IMG/VR virus record: IMGVR_UViG_3300002026_000057
From: a virus
Lineage: Duplodnaviria; Heunggongvirae; Uroviricota; Caudoviricetes
DNA length: 64,000 nucleotides
Strand: one strand, 5' to 3'
Shown: positions 37,517 to 45,361 of the stretch, in pieces
Layout of the letters: the number at the start of each line of letters is the position of its first letter
How positions within the stretch are numbered: the stretch's first letter is position 1
Notes under the pieces: generated by a model
What the model saw: the letters and a program-made list of their open reading frames with translations, nothing else
What the model was told of the DNA's origin: nothing
Database searches by the model: none
Program-made: the position numbers and the translations under genes

Positions 37517-38940
37517 AGTGATACCGATTTATCTATTTGAATACACTCCTCAAGTGTGTTTGCGGTTTCTTTATCATCCCTGAACATTTTATAGACAGGG
37601 TGAAGTACTGAGTAGTTACCTTCACTGTCCTGAGACAACCCGGAACATTTTATTTCAACAATCTTACCCATTAACTCATCTTGATTATTGGTTATATAGT
37701 CCATTTCATCTTCGGTAATTCCTGTTGGGGATGTTTTCAATAAACCTTCTTCAGAAATAACATTCAATGAAGATATGAGATTGGCATTTTTGCCCGTTCC
37801 ATAATTGAAACCAGTAACACGAAGATCTAAATTGATTTCTTTCTTTACCTTGATTTGGTAAGATGGTTTAGTGTCCGCCCATACTCCTTCCATTCCCTTA
37901 ACCACAGTTCCTTCACCATTACGTCTTAGAACTTCTTCGAAATGATCCATAACTTCCTCAATGGTGCTCACTTCTCTTGTTTCAACAACAGACAAAGTCT
38001 TGAACCCTTGTAAGGCTTTTTTCAATATCTCAAACCTAACCCTATATGGCCTTGTACATTTTCTGGTAAAATATTCGTCGATGGTTAGAAGATCCCAAGC
38101 GGTTACCCGAATGAGATCCAAAGCCTCACGATATGGAAGATGTTTCTTTTCAAGTTTTTCAATATCTTTAGTTACATCTTTACCTTCAGATTTCTTGGTT
38201 GCAATTGTGATGAGTGATGAAACAATACCATTACTTTCGTATCTTGGTAATCCCTCCATTGTCAACTCACCATTCAGGACGCAATCATTAATTCGGACAA
38301 GTTCCGACATGAATGCTGGATCTTCCAAAATTGTGGGTTCACCCTGTCGGGATTCGTTATAAACCTCACCACCCTGGATAATAATGTTAATGAATCTTCC
38401 ATCCATTTTCTCCTGACTGTAACAGGTACCCTTGGATAGAAGTTTTTCAATAAGTTCTTTGGAATAGGGTTTACAACCCATATATCCTGTCTTCTCGATA
38501 AGATCCGGAAATACCTTATTTATATTCCGAGTACCCATACCGATTTTACAATCTTTTTCAATGATACGCTGAATGATACATGCGTCATCGAGGCTAAGGG
38601 ATTCAATAATTTCTTTCAAATATTTAATCGCGGCGTAACCAGTGATTGTTCTTTTAGATAATGGGTCTAACAAGTTTAATGACTCATCTAAAGAATAAGT
38701 TGGTTTATGAAATTGTTCGATTTCGGGAATCTGTTTAATGTAGAACTTAACTCGTTTGGAGTTTGCCATGTACAGAACACGTTTTAGAAGTTCATTGTCC
38801 TTATACTTGGAGAGAATATTCATTTTCTCGTTAGTACCTGATTCGTTTGCAATCTCGTCGAAAATTTGTTTGATAGTCATATTATTTTTATATTTAATAA
38901 TGATACAAAGATAAAAAATATTTTTGGAAGTGCCAAACAA
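37513..38940 (-). CDS. ATP-dependent DNA ligase
   Basis: Motif I EKMDGRFINI (KxDG), motif IV/V EGTVVKG, motif VI YQIKVKKE. Confidence 0.7.
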   Translation of the reverse strand: MFGTSKNIFYLCIIIKYKNNMTIKQIFDEIANESGTNEKMNILSKYKDNELLKRVLYMANSKRVKFYIKQIPEIEQFHKPTYSLDESLNLLDPLSKRTITGYAAIKYLKEIIESLSLDDACIIQRIIEKDCKIGMGTRNINKVFPDLIEKTGYMGCKPYSKELIEKLLSKGTCYSQEKMDGRFINIIIQGGEVYNESRQGEPTILEDPAFMSELVRINDCVLNGELTMEGLPRYESNGIVSSLITIATKKSEGKDVTKDIEKLEKKHLPYREALDLIRVTAWDLLTIDEYFTRKCTRPYRVRFEILKKALQGFKTLSVVETREVSTIEEVMDHFEEVLRRNGEGTVVKGMEGVWADTKPSYQIKVKKEINLDLRVTGFNYGTGKNANLISSLNVISEEGLLKTSPTGITEDEMDYITNNQDELMGKIVEIKCSGLSQDSEGNYSVLHPVYKMFRDDKETANTLEECIQIDKSVSL

Positions 38941-38974
38941 TTAAGGTAATATTTATGATTATATACAATATATT

Positions 38975-39436
38975 ATGATATTAACATCAATACAAGGATT
39001 GATATTTATTCTATATGTGACCTTTTTATTAATTAAATTTAAAGGACCATTACACTCCATTTCAGCGTCATGGTATGAATTAGGATATCCATTAAGAAAT
39101 TTATTTGTGGCATTTTGTTTTTCAATTGGATTTACAATGACGCTACAGACGGGAAGTGTTTTATTCTTTTTATCAGGTCTTGGATTAGCATTTGTTGGAA
39201 TAGCTTCATGGTCTCAATCTTCCGTAAAATTAACACGTTTTATACACTTTGCTGGTGCCGTGAGTGGTATTGTTTTTGGACTATTAGGTATCGGATTTGG
39301 ATTCGATAATTGGATACCATTATTAATGTGGATAATATTATCATTATTAATACTATTGTTTAAAATAAAAAATCATTGGTGGTGGATTGAAATTGTTGCA
39401 TTCATTACCATAATAATCGGATTATATAACCAATAA
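38975..39436 (+). CDS. multi-TM membrane protein (153 aa)
   Basis: 4-5 hydrophobic helices. First gene of the plus-strand block. Confidence 0.5.
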   Translation: MILTSIQGLIFILYVTFLLIKFKGPLHSISASWYELGYPLRNLFVAFCFSIGFTMTLQTGSVLFFLSGLGLAFVGIASWSQSSVKLTRFIHFAGAVSGIVFGLLGIGFGFDNWIPLLMWIILSLLILLFKIKNHWWWIEIVAFITIIIGLYNQ

Positions 39437-39440
39437 AAAC

Positions 39441-40250
39441 ATGAACATATTTAAAAAAATTTTCAATCTTTTTAAGAAAAAGAAAGAAGTAAAAATTCCC
39501 GCTCTAACTAATTTTGGTTGGAAAAAGGATACACACGACCCACGAGACTTTAAATTTAAAGTTACTCGGCCTATTGAATTACCTAAATCAGTTGACCTAA
39601 GAAAAGGGTGTCCACCTGTTTATGATCAAGGTGAACTTGGTAGTTGTACTGCTAATGCTCTTGGAGCCGCATTTCAATTTGAACAAATAAAACAAAAGAA
39701 ACAAGATTTTATACCTTCAAGATTGTTTATATATTATAATGAAAGAGAAATTGAGGGAACTGTTGATCAAGATTCCGGTGCAATGATTCGTACTGGTATT
39801 AAAACAATGGTTAAAGATGGCGTTTGCCCAGAAAAAATGTGGAGGTATAATATATCCAAATTTAAAAATAAACCAACACCTGAATGTTACGAAGAAGCTT
39901 TGAAGAATCAAGTGTTAGAATATTTGAGGATTTCACCACATTCTTTATATGAAGTGAAATATGCGTTAAATGAGGGTCACCCTGTTTCATTTGGTTTTAT
40001 GATTTATGAATCAATGATGTCCCAAGATGTGGCTAAATGGGGAGAAGTTCCAGTTCCAAAACCAGGAGAAACCACTATGGGCGGACACGCAGTTCTTGCA
40101 GTTGGTTATGACGATAAGAAAAACGCTTTACTTGTAAGAAATAGTTGGGGATCCCAATGGGGTATTAATGGATATTTTTGGTTACCTTATGAGTTTGTAA
40201 CAGAACCGAATATGTCTGCCGACTATTGGGTAATAAAACTTGTCGAATAG
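39441..40250 (+). CDS. papain-like (C1 family) cysteine peptidase
   Basis: Catalytic Cys region QGELGSCTANALG, His region GGHAVLAVGYD, Asn region VRNSWGSQWGINGYF. Confidence 0.8.
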   Translation: MNIFKKIFNLFKKKKEVKIPALTNFGWKKDTHDPRDFKFKVTRPIELPKSVDLRKGCPPVYDQGELGSCTANALGAAFQFEQIKQKKQDFIPSRLFIYYNEREIEGTVDQDSGAMIRTGIKTMVKDGVCPEKMWRYNISKFKNKPTPECYEEALKNQVLEYLRISPHSLYEVKYALNEGHPVSFGFMIYESMMSQDVAKWGEVPVPKPGETTMGGHAVLAVGYDDKKNALLVRNSWGSQWGINGYFWLPYEFVTEPNMSADYWVIKLVE

Positions 40251-40256
40251 ATTACA

Positions 40257-41654
40257 ATGAGAGTTATTATCACCGAAAATCAATTAAAAAATGTTATTAA
40301 CCGTACTATTCTAAATGAAACTTCCGGTGAATTAGAAAAGTATTATGTTAAAACTGGTATTTTTGATGATGAAGACCGAAATGTTATAATGAATATCACT
40401 AACGGCGATAATTTCACAAAACTTATCGCCGATATGTACTATTATTTTGCCGGTAAGTACAACAAAGAATTGGTTGAACCAAGAAGATTATCTGCGAGAG
40501 ATATTGAAATTCTCGAAAATACACATAGAAGACTAAAAGAATATAACAAAAATGTTATACCTATTCATGATCTATATGCAAAAGAACATAACGCTCATCC
40601 GTTAGAAAAAATGAATGATTTAGATTGGAGAGAACGAATCATTGAAAGAATAAAACAATTACCGAGTTTATTAGTTCGTAATTTAAGGGGTGATATTAGA
40701 AAAGAAAGAACCCATTATGAATTGGAAGGGTTGTTTCATACAATAAAAGAAATACAAAATTCCTTAAAGTTAGTTGGACAAACTAAACCTGAACATCGTG
40801 AAAAAATTGAGAAGAAAATATTTTCGAGCGCCAACGACACTTTCGATGGGGTTAAAAAAAGACTTGAAGATACAACTATTCCATATTTGTCACAAGATGA
40901 TGCATCTGAAGGTATTGTCGAAAAAGTTAGAGATATAGGTGATGAAGCAGAAATATTATACAACCAAGACAATATTTTAGTTGTAAAAATTAATAGTGCA
41001 GAGGCGATGGGGTATATCGGTTGTAGTTCTCAATGGTGTTTTGCTTCAAATCCACAACAATATTGGGACAATTATACTGGCGAAGGTGGATTTGCTACCA
41101 TAGTTTTTAATTTCAATGAAGAGCCAAGTGAACCAACCGCAATGGTTGTTGTATTGGAAGATGGTAATGTATATAATATGTATAATGATTTTATGGAGGA
41201 TGGGGAGGAGTATTTAATAGATATAGGCGTACATAACATAATCCAAAGAGGTGAAATGGAATTATCCGAAAGCTTTGATATTGAAAAACAAATCGATGGG
41301 TTTATTTACCATGGAACAGGAAAAGGACAGGCTTTAAACATACAAAAAGATGGGTTTATGAAACCTAACAGAACAGGTGAAGAACATCCATCAATTTCAT
41401 TTACTAAAAGTTTTAACTATTCAAAATATTATGCAACCGTTAAAGGTGGATCAAACAAAATGGTTATATTGAGAACCAAATTAACAAACGATTTTATATT
41501 GTCTCCAAAGATATTAAATAATAAAGGAGACGAATATGTTACATTTAAAAAAGTTTCTACAAACGATTTAGAAATACTGTGTCCCGATAATAAATGGAGA
41601 CCATTAAATGAATGGGATGTTATATTTGATGAACCTAAAATTAACTTAAATTAA
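40257..41654 (+). CDS. paralog C of the 'ITE-x-QL' family (465 aa) with C-terminal YHGTG...ISFT ART-like core
   Basis: N-terminus MRVIITENQLKNVINRTILNE. C-terminus FIYHGTGKGQALN...HPSISFTKSFNYSKYYAT parallels the HGS...GIYF cores at 663..1785. Confidence 0.6.
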   Translation: MRVIITENQLKNVINRTILNETSGELEKYYVKTGIFDDEDRNVIMNITNGDNFTKLIADMYYYFAGKYNKELVEPRRLSARDIEILENTHRRLKEYNKNVIPIHDLYAKEHNAHPLEKMNDLDWRERIIERIKQLPSLLVRNLRGDIRKERTHYELEGLFHTIKEIQNSLKLVGQTKPEHREKIEKKIFSSANDTFDGVKKRLEDTTIPYLSQDDASEGIVEKVRDIGDEAEILYNQDNILVVKINSAEAMGYIGCSSQWCFASNPQQYWDNYTGEGGFATIVFNFNEEPSEPTAMVVVLEDGNVYNMYNDFMEDGEEYLIDIGVHNIIQRGEMELSESFDIEKQIDGFIYHGTGKGQALNIQKDGFMKPNRTGEEHPSISFTKSFNYSKYYATVKGGSNKMVILRTKLTNDFILSPKILNNKGDEYVTFKKVSTNDLEILCPDNKWRPLNEWDVIFDEPKINLN

Positions 41655-41690
41655 AAATAATTCATAAAACATTTGGCAAATCCAAATATC

Positions 41691-41720
41691 TTTTTTATAT
41701 TTGTACCATATTTATAATAA
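41691..41720 (+). promoter_or_regulatory. promoter copy A: TTATATTTGTACCATATTTATAATAA, containing a Bacteroidota -7 element TAtaTTTG
   Basis: Exact 27-mer repeated at 42644-42669. Followed by a small ORF and a strong terminator. Confidence 0.5.
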
Positions 41721-41773
41721 CATTCCTGTTAGTCCCTGTCGAAAGACAAACTTTCAGGTGTAAAAAGAAAACA

Positions 41774-41857
41774 ATGAGAACAATTAATAAATATTTCGTA
41801 TCTAAATCTTATAAGATGTATCTTATGGGAATCGGGAGAGATTTGTTTAATTGTTAA
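41774..41857 (+). CDS. small ORF A (27 aa, MRTINKYFVSKSYKMYLMGIGRDLFNC) between promoter copy A and a terminator
   Basis: Hand-translated. May instead be a non-coding transcript. Confidence 0.2.
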   Translation: MRTINKYFVSKSYKMYLMGIGRDLFNC

Positions 41858-41886
41858 CATAACAAGTAACTGAATTTTTAAAAAAT

Positions 41887-41935
41887 CCCGATTCGAAAGA
41901 TTCGGGATTTTTTTTTGTTCTTTGATGTATTGGAA
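41887..41935 (+). terminator. rho-independent terminator ATCCCGATTC-GAAA-GATTCGGGAT plus T9, followed by the repeated tail GTTCTTTGAYRTATTGG
   Basis: 9/10-bp stem with a GNRA loop and a T-run. The same tail is found after the terminator at 42872. Confidence 0.65.
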
Positions 41936-41942
41936 TAACATA

Positions 41943-42016
41943 TACGCTCGAAGCTCAAGTGGACGGGCTTCTGGCTTTTAACCAGAAGGTTGTGGGTTCG
42001 AGGCCCACCGGGCGTA
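41943..42016 (+). tRNA. tRNA-Lys (anticodon TTT), canonical length but apparent 8-nt T-loop
   Basis: Acceptor ACGCTCG/CGGGCGT, D-stem GCTC/GGGC, anticodon stem TCTGG/CCAGA, loop CTTTTAA, T-arm GTGGG-TTCGAAGG-CCCAC. Confidence 0.5.
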
Positions 42017-42022
42017 CAAAAT

Positions 42023-42112
42023 GACTCTGTGGCAGAGATAGGCGTGATGCACCAGACTTTTAATCTGGGATCCCCATAAAGGTGTACGTGGGTTCGATTC
42101 CCACCGGGGTCA
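42023..42112 (+). tRNA. tRNA-like, 90 nt, anticodon loop CTTTTAA (UUU) with ~19-nt variable region; identity uncertain
   Basis: Acceptor GACTCTG/CGGGGTC (with G-U pairs), T-arm GTGGG-TTCGATT-CCCAC, discriminator A, anticodon stem CCAGA/TCTGG. Confidence 0.4.
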
Positions 42113-42169
42113 CTTGAGAGTAGAGTTTAGGTATTTTCTGTATCTTGTTTGAACTGAAATATCCAAATC

Positions 42170-42238
42170 GCCGACAATCCAGGGAGACGACGGCTCTGTA
42201 AAAGCCTAGCGCGAAGGTTCAAGATCCTTCTGGCGGCA
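42170..42238 (+). tRNA. degenerate tRNA-like element (acceptor GCCGACA/TGGCGGC, loop CTGTAAA, 8-nt T-loop); possible pseudogene
   Basis: 6/7 acceptor pairing, T-stem GAAGG/CCTTC, but no convincing D-arm. Confidence 0.25.
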
Positions 42239-42303
42239 CATAGGTATCGGTTTTAGGGTTTTTTACTACTTTTTTGGTCCAATGTCCCGAAAAAAAGTAG
42301 AAT

Positions 42304-42386
42304 GGAAAGGTGGTCGAGTGGTTAATGGCACCAGACTGTAAATTTGGTCTCTTCGGAGTTCGGGGGTTCGAATCCCTCCCTTTCCA
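42304..42386 (+). tRNA. tRNA-Tyr (GTA), type II
   Basis: Acceptor GGAAAGG/CCTTTCC, 3-bp D-stem, anticodon stem CCAGA/TTTGG, loop CTGTAAA, variable hairpin CTC-TTCG-GAG, T-loop TTCGAAT, discriminator A. Confidence 0.7.
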
Positions 42387-42393
42387 CAACAAT

Positions 42394-42466
42394 GCATCCG
42401 TAGCTCAATTGGCGGAGCTCGTGACTCTTACTCATGAGGTTGGGGGTTCGATTCCCTTCGGATGCA
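42394..42466 (+). tRNA. tRNA-Lys (CTT)
   Basis: Acceptor GCATCCG/CGGATGC, D-arm GCTC-AATTGGCG-GAGC, anticodon loop CTCTTAC, T-loop TTCGATT. Confidence 0.65.
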
Positions 42467-42472
42467 CAAATC

Positions 42473-42555
42473 ACCATCGTAGTAAAGTGGCCAAATACGC
42501 TTCTCTCATAAGGAAGTCCTTTTTAGGTTCGAGGGTTCGAATCCCTCCGATGGTA
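42473..42555 (+). tRNA. tRNA with anticodon CAT (Met or Ile2) carrying a long variable hairpin (CCT-TTTT-AGG)
   Basis: Acceptor ACCATCG/CGATGGT, anticodon stem CTTCT/GGAAG, loop CTCATAA, T-arm GAGGG-TTCGAAT-CCCTC, discriminator A. Confidence 0.55.
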
Positions 42556-42643
42556 CAAAATGGTGATTATCACCATAATAGAAAAAAGTTTTAAAAAACT
42601 TAAAAAAAAGTTTAAAAAAACTTGGTTATTCCAATACGATTAT

Positions 42644-42669
42644 TTATATTTGTACCATATTTATAATAA
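42644..42669 (+). promoter_or_regulatory. promoter copy B: the same TTATATTTGTACCATATTTATAATAA 27-mer
   Basis: Identical to the 41694-41720 element. Confidence 0.5.
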
Positions 42670-42688
42670 AGATTAAACGCTGAAACAA

Positions 42689-42838
42689 ATGAAAAACATA
42701 ATTGCAATAATTTCAAGGACACAAATATCGTCCCCATCAACGACAAGTAGTCGTAATGGAAATGGTATATTCTGTTCAGACTTTACAGGCAGAAATATTG
42801 CAGACACGGGTTCAGGTGGAAAGGTTGTTTTAAGATAA
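42689..42838 (+). CDS. small ORF B (49 aa, MKNIIAIISRTQISSPSTTSSRNGNG...) between promoter copy B and a terminator
   Basis: Hand-translated. Flanked by the promoter at 42644 and the terminator at 42872. Confidence 0.25.
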   Translation: MKNIIAIISRTQISSPSTTSSRNGNGIFCSDFTGRNIADTGSGGKVVLR

Positions 42839-42871
42839 ACTTTTCCGAAACACACAAACTGAACCCGACAT

Positions 42872-42919
42872 CTGAATAGATAGTCGGGTTTTTTGTTCTT
42901 TGACATATTGGTATTTTGA
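42872..42919 (+). terminator. rho-independent terminator CCCGAC-N13-GTCGGG plus T6, followed by GTTCTTTGACATATTGG
   Basis: Hairpin plus T-run. The tail is shared with the terminator at 41887. Confidence 0.6.
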
Positions 42920-42999
42920 TGAAGTGGCTGAGTGGTTGAAAGCGACAGTCTGCAAAACTGTTTACGAAAGTACTCGTGGGTTCGAATCCCACCTTCATC
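42917..42999 (+). tRNA. tRNA with anticodon GCA (Cys identity, U73) but a type-II-like long variable hairpin (TAC-GAAA-GTA)
   Basis: Acceptor GATGAAG/CTTCATC, 3-bp D-stem GCT/AGC, anticodon stem ACAGT/ACTGT, loop CTGCAAA, T-arm GTGGG-TTCGAAT-CCCAC, discriminator T. Confidence 0.55.
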
Positions 43000-43077
43000 T
43001 CCATTTGGAACGTTCTGTCATTGCTATATCGGGACAGAACACCTCCATAGGGTTGCATGGTTTCCTATGGACCACCT

Positions 43078-43166
43078 GGGTGAGTAGCTGAATTGGCTTA
43101 GCGGGAGGCTGTTAACCTCTGATTGAAAATATTGAAATAAAGTGGGTTCGAAGCCCTCCTTGCCCT
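43078..43166 (+). tRNA. tRNA-Asn (GTT)-like with a 21-nt AT-rich insertion at the variable-loop position
   Basis: Acceptor GGGTGAG/CTTGCCC (with G-U pairs), anticodon stem GGAGG/CCTCT, loop CTGTTAA, insert GATTGAAAATATTGAAATAAA, T-loop TTCGAAG. Confidence 0.45.
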
Positions 43167-43229
43167 CAAATTATAGTTTTGTTTAACTATACTTATAGTT
43201 GATTAATAGAGAATATTTTCAACTGATAT

Positions 43230-43303
43230 TGTCTTGTAGTTCAGCCAGGAAGAACGTTCGGCAGATACCCGAAAGGTCGTTGGTTCAAACCCAATCAAGA
43301 CAA
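43230..43303 (+). tRNA. tRNA, probable Ile (GAT), anticodon loop CAGATAC (A at position 33)
   Basis: Acceptor TGTCTTG/CAAGACA, D-arm GTTC-AGCCAGGAA-GAAC, anticodon stem TTCGG/CCGAA, T-arm GTTGG-TTCAAAC-CCAAT. Confidence 0.5.
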
Positions 43304-43373
43304 CGAGAGAGACCCTTTTTTCTGATTTTTTTTAAAGGACACTTCGGTGGAAGCGTAGAAAAAAGTCTGATAC

Positions 43374-43455
43374 TGTGACGTGGATGAGCGGTTTAGTCAC
43401 CAGTCTGATACACTGGGTGCTTAGCACGACGTGAGTTCGAATCTCACCGTCACAA
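43374..43455 (+). tRNA. tRNA-Ile (GAT) with a 14-nt variable hairpin (GTGC-TTA-GCAC)
   Basis: Acceptor TGTGACG/CGTCACA, anticodon stem CCAGT/ACTGG, loop CTGATAC, T-arm GTGAG-TTCGAAT-CTCAC, discriminator A. Confidence 0.55.
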
Positions 43456-43575
43456 CAAAAGGTTAGTAATCTAGACGCCTAACCAGCTGAAAAGATGAAG
43501 TTTCCTTGGCGAAATTGATCCAAACTGGCACCTGTGGTGGGATGAGAAGTGGTGATAAAGTGACCAAAAACTATA

Positions 43576-43663
43576 AGGAAGAGTGTCCGAGTGGCTTATG
43601 GAGGCGGTCTTGAAAACCGTTGTCCCTGCAAGGGGACCGTGGGTTCGAATCCTACCTCTTCCG
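43576..43663 (+). tRNA. tRNA-Ser (TGA), type II
   Basis: Acceptor GGAAGAG/CTCTTCC, loop CTTGAAA, variable hairpin GTCCC-TGCAA-GGGAC, discriminator G. Confidence 0.7.
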
Positions 43664-43735
43664 CAAAAGGGTAGCTGTTTTTTAGAATTTTTTTATCGAA
43701 CTGAGTAAAGGTATTCGGAAACAAAAAATTCGTTT

Positions 43736-43820
43736 GGAGAGGTGGCAGAGTGGTCTAATGCGGCAGTCTTGAAAACTGTTGGGCTTTCGGGCTCCGGGGG
43801 TTCGAATCCCTCCCTCTCCG
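43736..43820 (+). tRNA. tRNA-Ser (TGA), second copy, type II
   Basis: Acceptor GGAGAGG/CCTCTCC, loop CTTGAAA, variable arm GGGCTTTCGGGCTC, discriminator G. Confidence 0.65.
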
Positions 43821-43934
43821 CAACTGAAAACTATTGGATTGTCTAAGTTTTTTAGTGGCGGAAGTTTAAAGGACAATAAACCGCCCCGGAAAGGTATATA
43901 AAACAGTGAACTTGTTCATTGATTCCGGGAATTT

Positions 43935-44023
43935 GGAAGAATGGGTGAGTGGTTTAAACCAGCGGCTTGCTAAGCCGTCGGGCGGGGTAACCCGCCCCAA
44001 GAGTTCGAATCTCTTTTCTTCCG
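43935..44023 (+). tRNA. tRNA-Ser (GCT), type II
   Basis: Acceptor GGAAGAA/TTCTTCC, loop TTGCTAA, variable hairpin CGGGCGGGG-TAA-CCCGCCCC, T-arm AAGAG-TTCGAAT-CTCTT, discriminator G. Confidence 0.7.
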
Positions 44024-44097
44024 CCATATTTAAAGAAATTTCATTAAAAGTCGCCTGTTTCAGAAACCGATGAGTATTTATAAATAAATAAACATTT

Positions 44098-44517
44098 ATG
44101 AATACAAATGAAAAGGGTAATAGAGGATTGGCAAATGTAATATCTGACGTAATTAATAAGGGGTATTTTATATTTTTACCACTTACGGACACAACAAATA
44201 TTGATATTATAATTGCAAATGAAAAAATGGAAATGTTCAGAGCTCAAGTAAAATATAGTTCTGTTAATAAACATGGAGTTATTAAAGCATCTACATCAAA
44301 TGTTGTTGATAGAAAAAGAGTTTCTGTAAATTTTTCGGTTATTGATTTGTGGGCAATTTATTGTCCTGACACAAGTAAAGTATACTATGTACCAAAAAAA
44401 GAATTGGTAAATAAGTCATCTGGAATGGAATTACGTGTTAATAAACCGAAATTGAATAATCCAAACATACATTTTGCAAATGATTATTTGGATATAAAAA
44501 ATGCGTTGATAAAGTAA
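44098..44517 (+). CDS. hypothetical protein (139 aa) embedded in the tRNA array
   Basis: ORF on the same strand as the tRNAs. No motif identified. Confidence 0.45.
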   Translation: MNTNEKGNRGLANVISDVINKGYFIFLPLTDTTNIDIIIANEKMEMFRAQVKYSSVNKHGVIKASTSNVVDRKRVSVNFSVIDLWAIYCPDTSKVYYVPKKELVNKSSGMELRVNKPKLNNPNIHFANDYLDIKNALIK

Positions 44518-44752
44518 TCAGCCAAATTGGATTATCATTAGCTGATTTCACACGTCAAAACAATGGTCATGACATTGTGGAGATGTTAGGGTTCTGAATT
44601 GCATAAGAGGCTCTATTAATGTTCAGCTGGAAAACTTCCCTGTGTTTGTGTATAGGCAGCACAATAAATACGGGGATATTCTGAGAGACATTTTTAAGGT
44701 GGTTGAAATATCATCGGTAGTGTGAGTATAAGGCTCACTTCAGAACCAAATT

Positions 44753-44825
44753 GGTGTCGTAGCTCAGTTGGTAGAGCGCGGGCCTGAAGAGCCCGGCGTC
44801 GGTGGTTCGAATCCACCCGATACCA
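44753..44825 (+). tRNA. tRNA-Phe (GAA)
   Basis: GGTGTCGTAGCTCAGTTGGTAGAGCGCGGGCCTGAAGAGCCCGGCGTCGGTGGTTCGAATCCACCCGATACCA; clean cloverleaf. Confidence 0.8.
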
Positions 44826-44831
44826 CAATAT

Positions 44832-44905
44832 TCTTGTGTAGCTCAGTTGGTTAGAGCGGCGGACTGTTAATCCGTAGGTCGAAGGTTCAAGTCCTTCCTC
44901 AAGAG
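44832..44905 (+). tRNA. tRNA-Asn (GTT), canonical
   Basis: D-arm GCTC-AGTTGGTTA-GAGC, anticodon stem GCGGA/TCCGT, loop CTGTTAA, T-arm GAAGG-TTCAAGT-CCTTC, discriminator G. Confidence 0.7.
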
Positions 44906-44999
44906 CAATACTGGTTTTTGATCCCGCTTTACCGTTAGGATGCTCAGGCTGAACAGAATACAAAGGAGGAATGACAGGTGTGGAGAGACACACAAATAC

Positions 45000-45071
45000 G
45001 GATTGGTAGCTCAGGGGTAGAGCGCTGGCCTGAAGAGCCAGAGGTCGAAGGGTCAACTCCTTCTCATTCCA
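45000..45071 (+). tRNA. tRNA-Phe (GAA)-like second copy with a divergent T-loop (GTCAACT) and an acceptor mismatch
   Basis: D-arm GCTC-AGGGGTA-GAGC, anticodon stem CTGGC/GCCAG, loop CTGAAGA, T-stem GAAGG/CCTTC. Confidence 0.45.
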
Positions 45072-45273
45072 CAAATGTGGGTTGTCCACCAGTAGAGGTG
45101 GGTACGTAAGTCTGTTATACACGGCAGAGTCCACGCCAAATATCGGGGATGATACACTGTTTTATCACAGTGCCCCGTCCAAAAAAGGACAAGTGAATGG
45201 ATCAATCCCTGTTTCCGCAGGGGGAGATTACCGTCTAGAGTACGGACATTTACATCGGAATTGTCCTTTACTT

Positions 45274-45361
45274 GCAGTAGTCGCCTAGTTGATCGATGGC
45301 ACTGGATTTCCAATCCAGTCAGATAAAGTTCACGTCGAGGGTTTGAATCCCTCCTACTGCT
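45274..45361 (+). tRNA. tRNA-Gly (TCC)-like with an 18-nt variable-region insertion
   Basis: Acceptor GCAGTAG/CTACTGC (7/7), 3-bp D-stem GCC/GGC, anticodon stem CTGGA/TCCAG, loop TTTCCAA, T-arm GAGGG-TTTGAAT-CCCTC, discriminator T. Confidence 0.5.
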
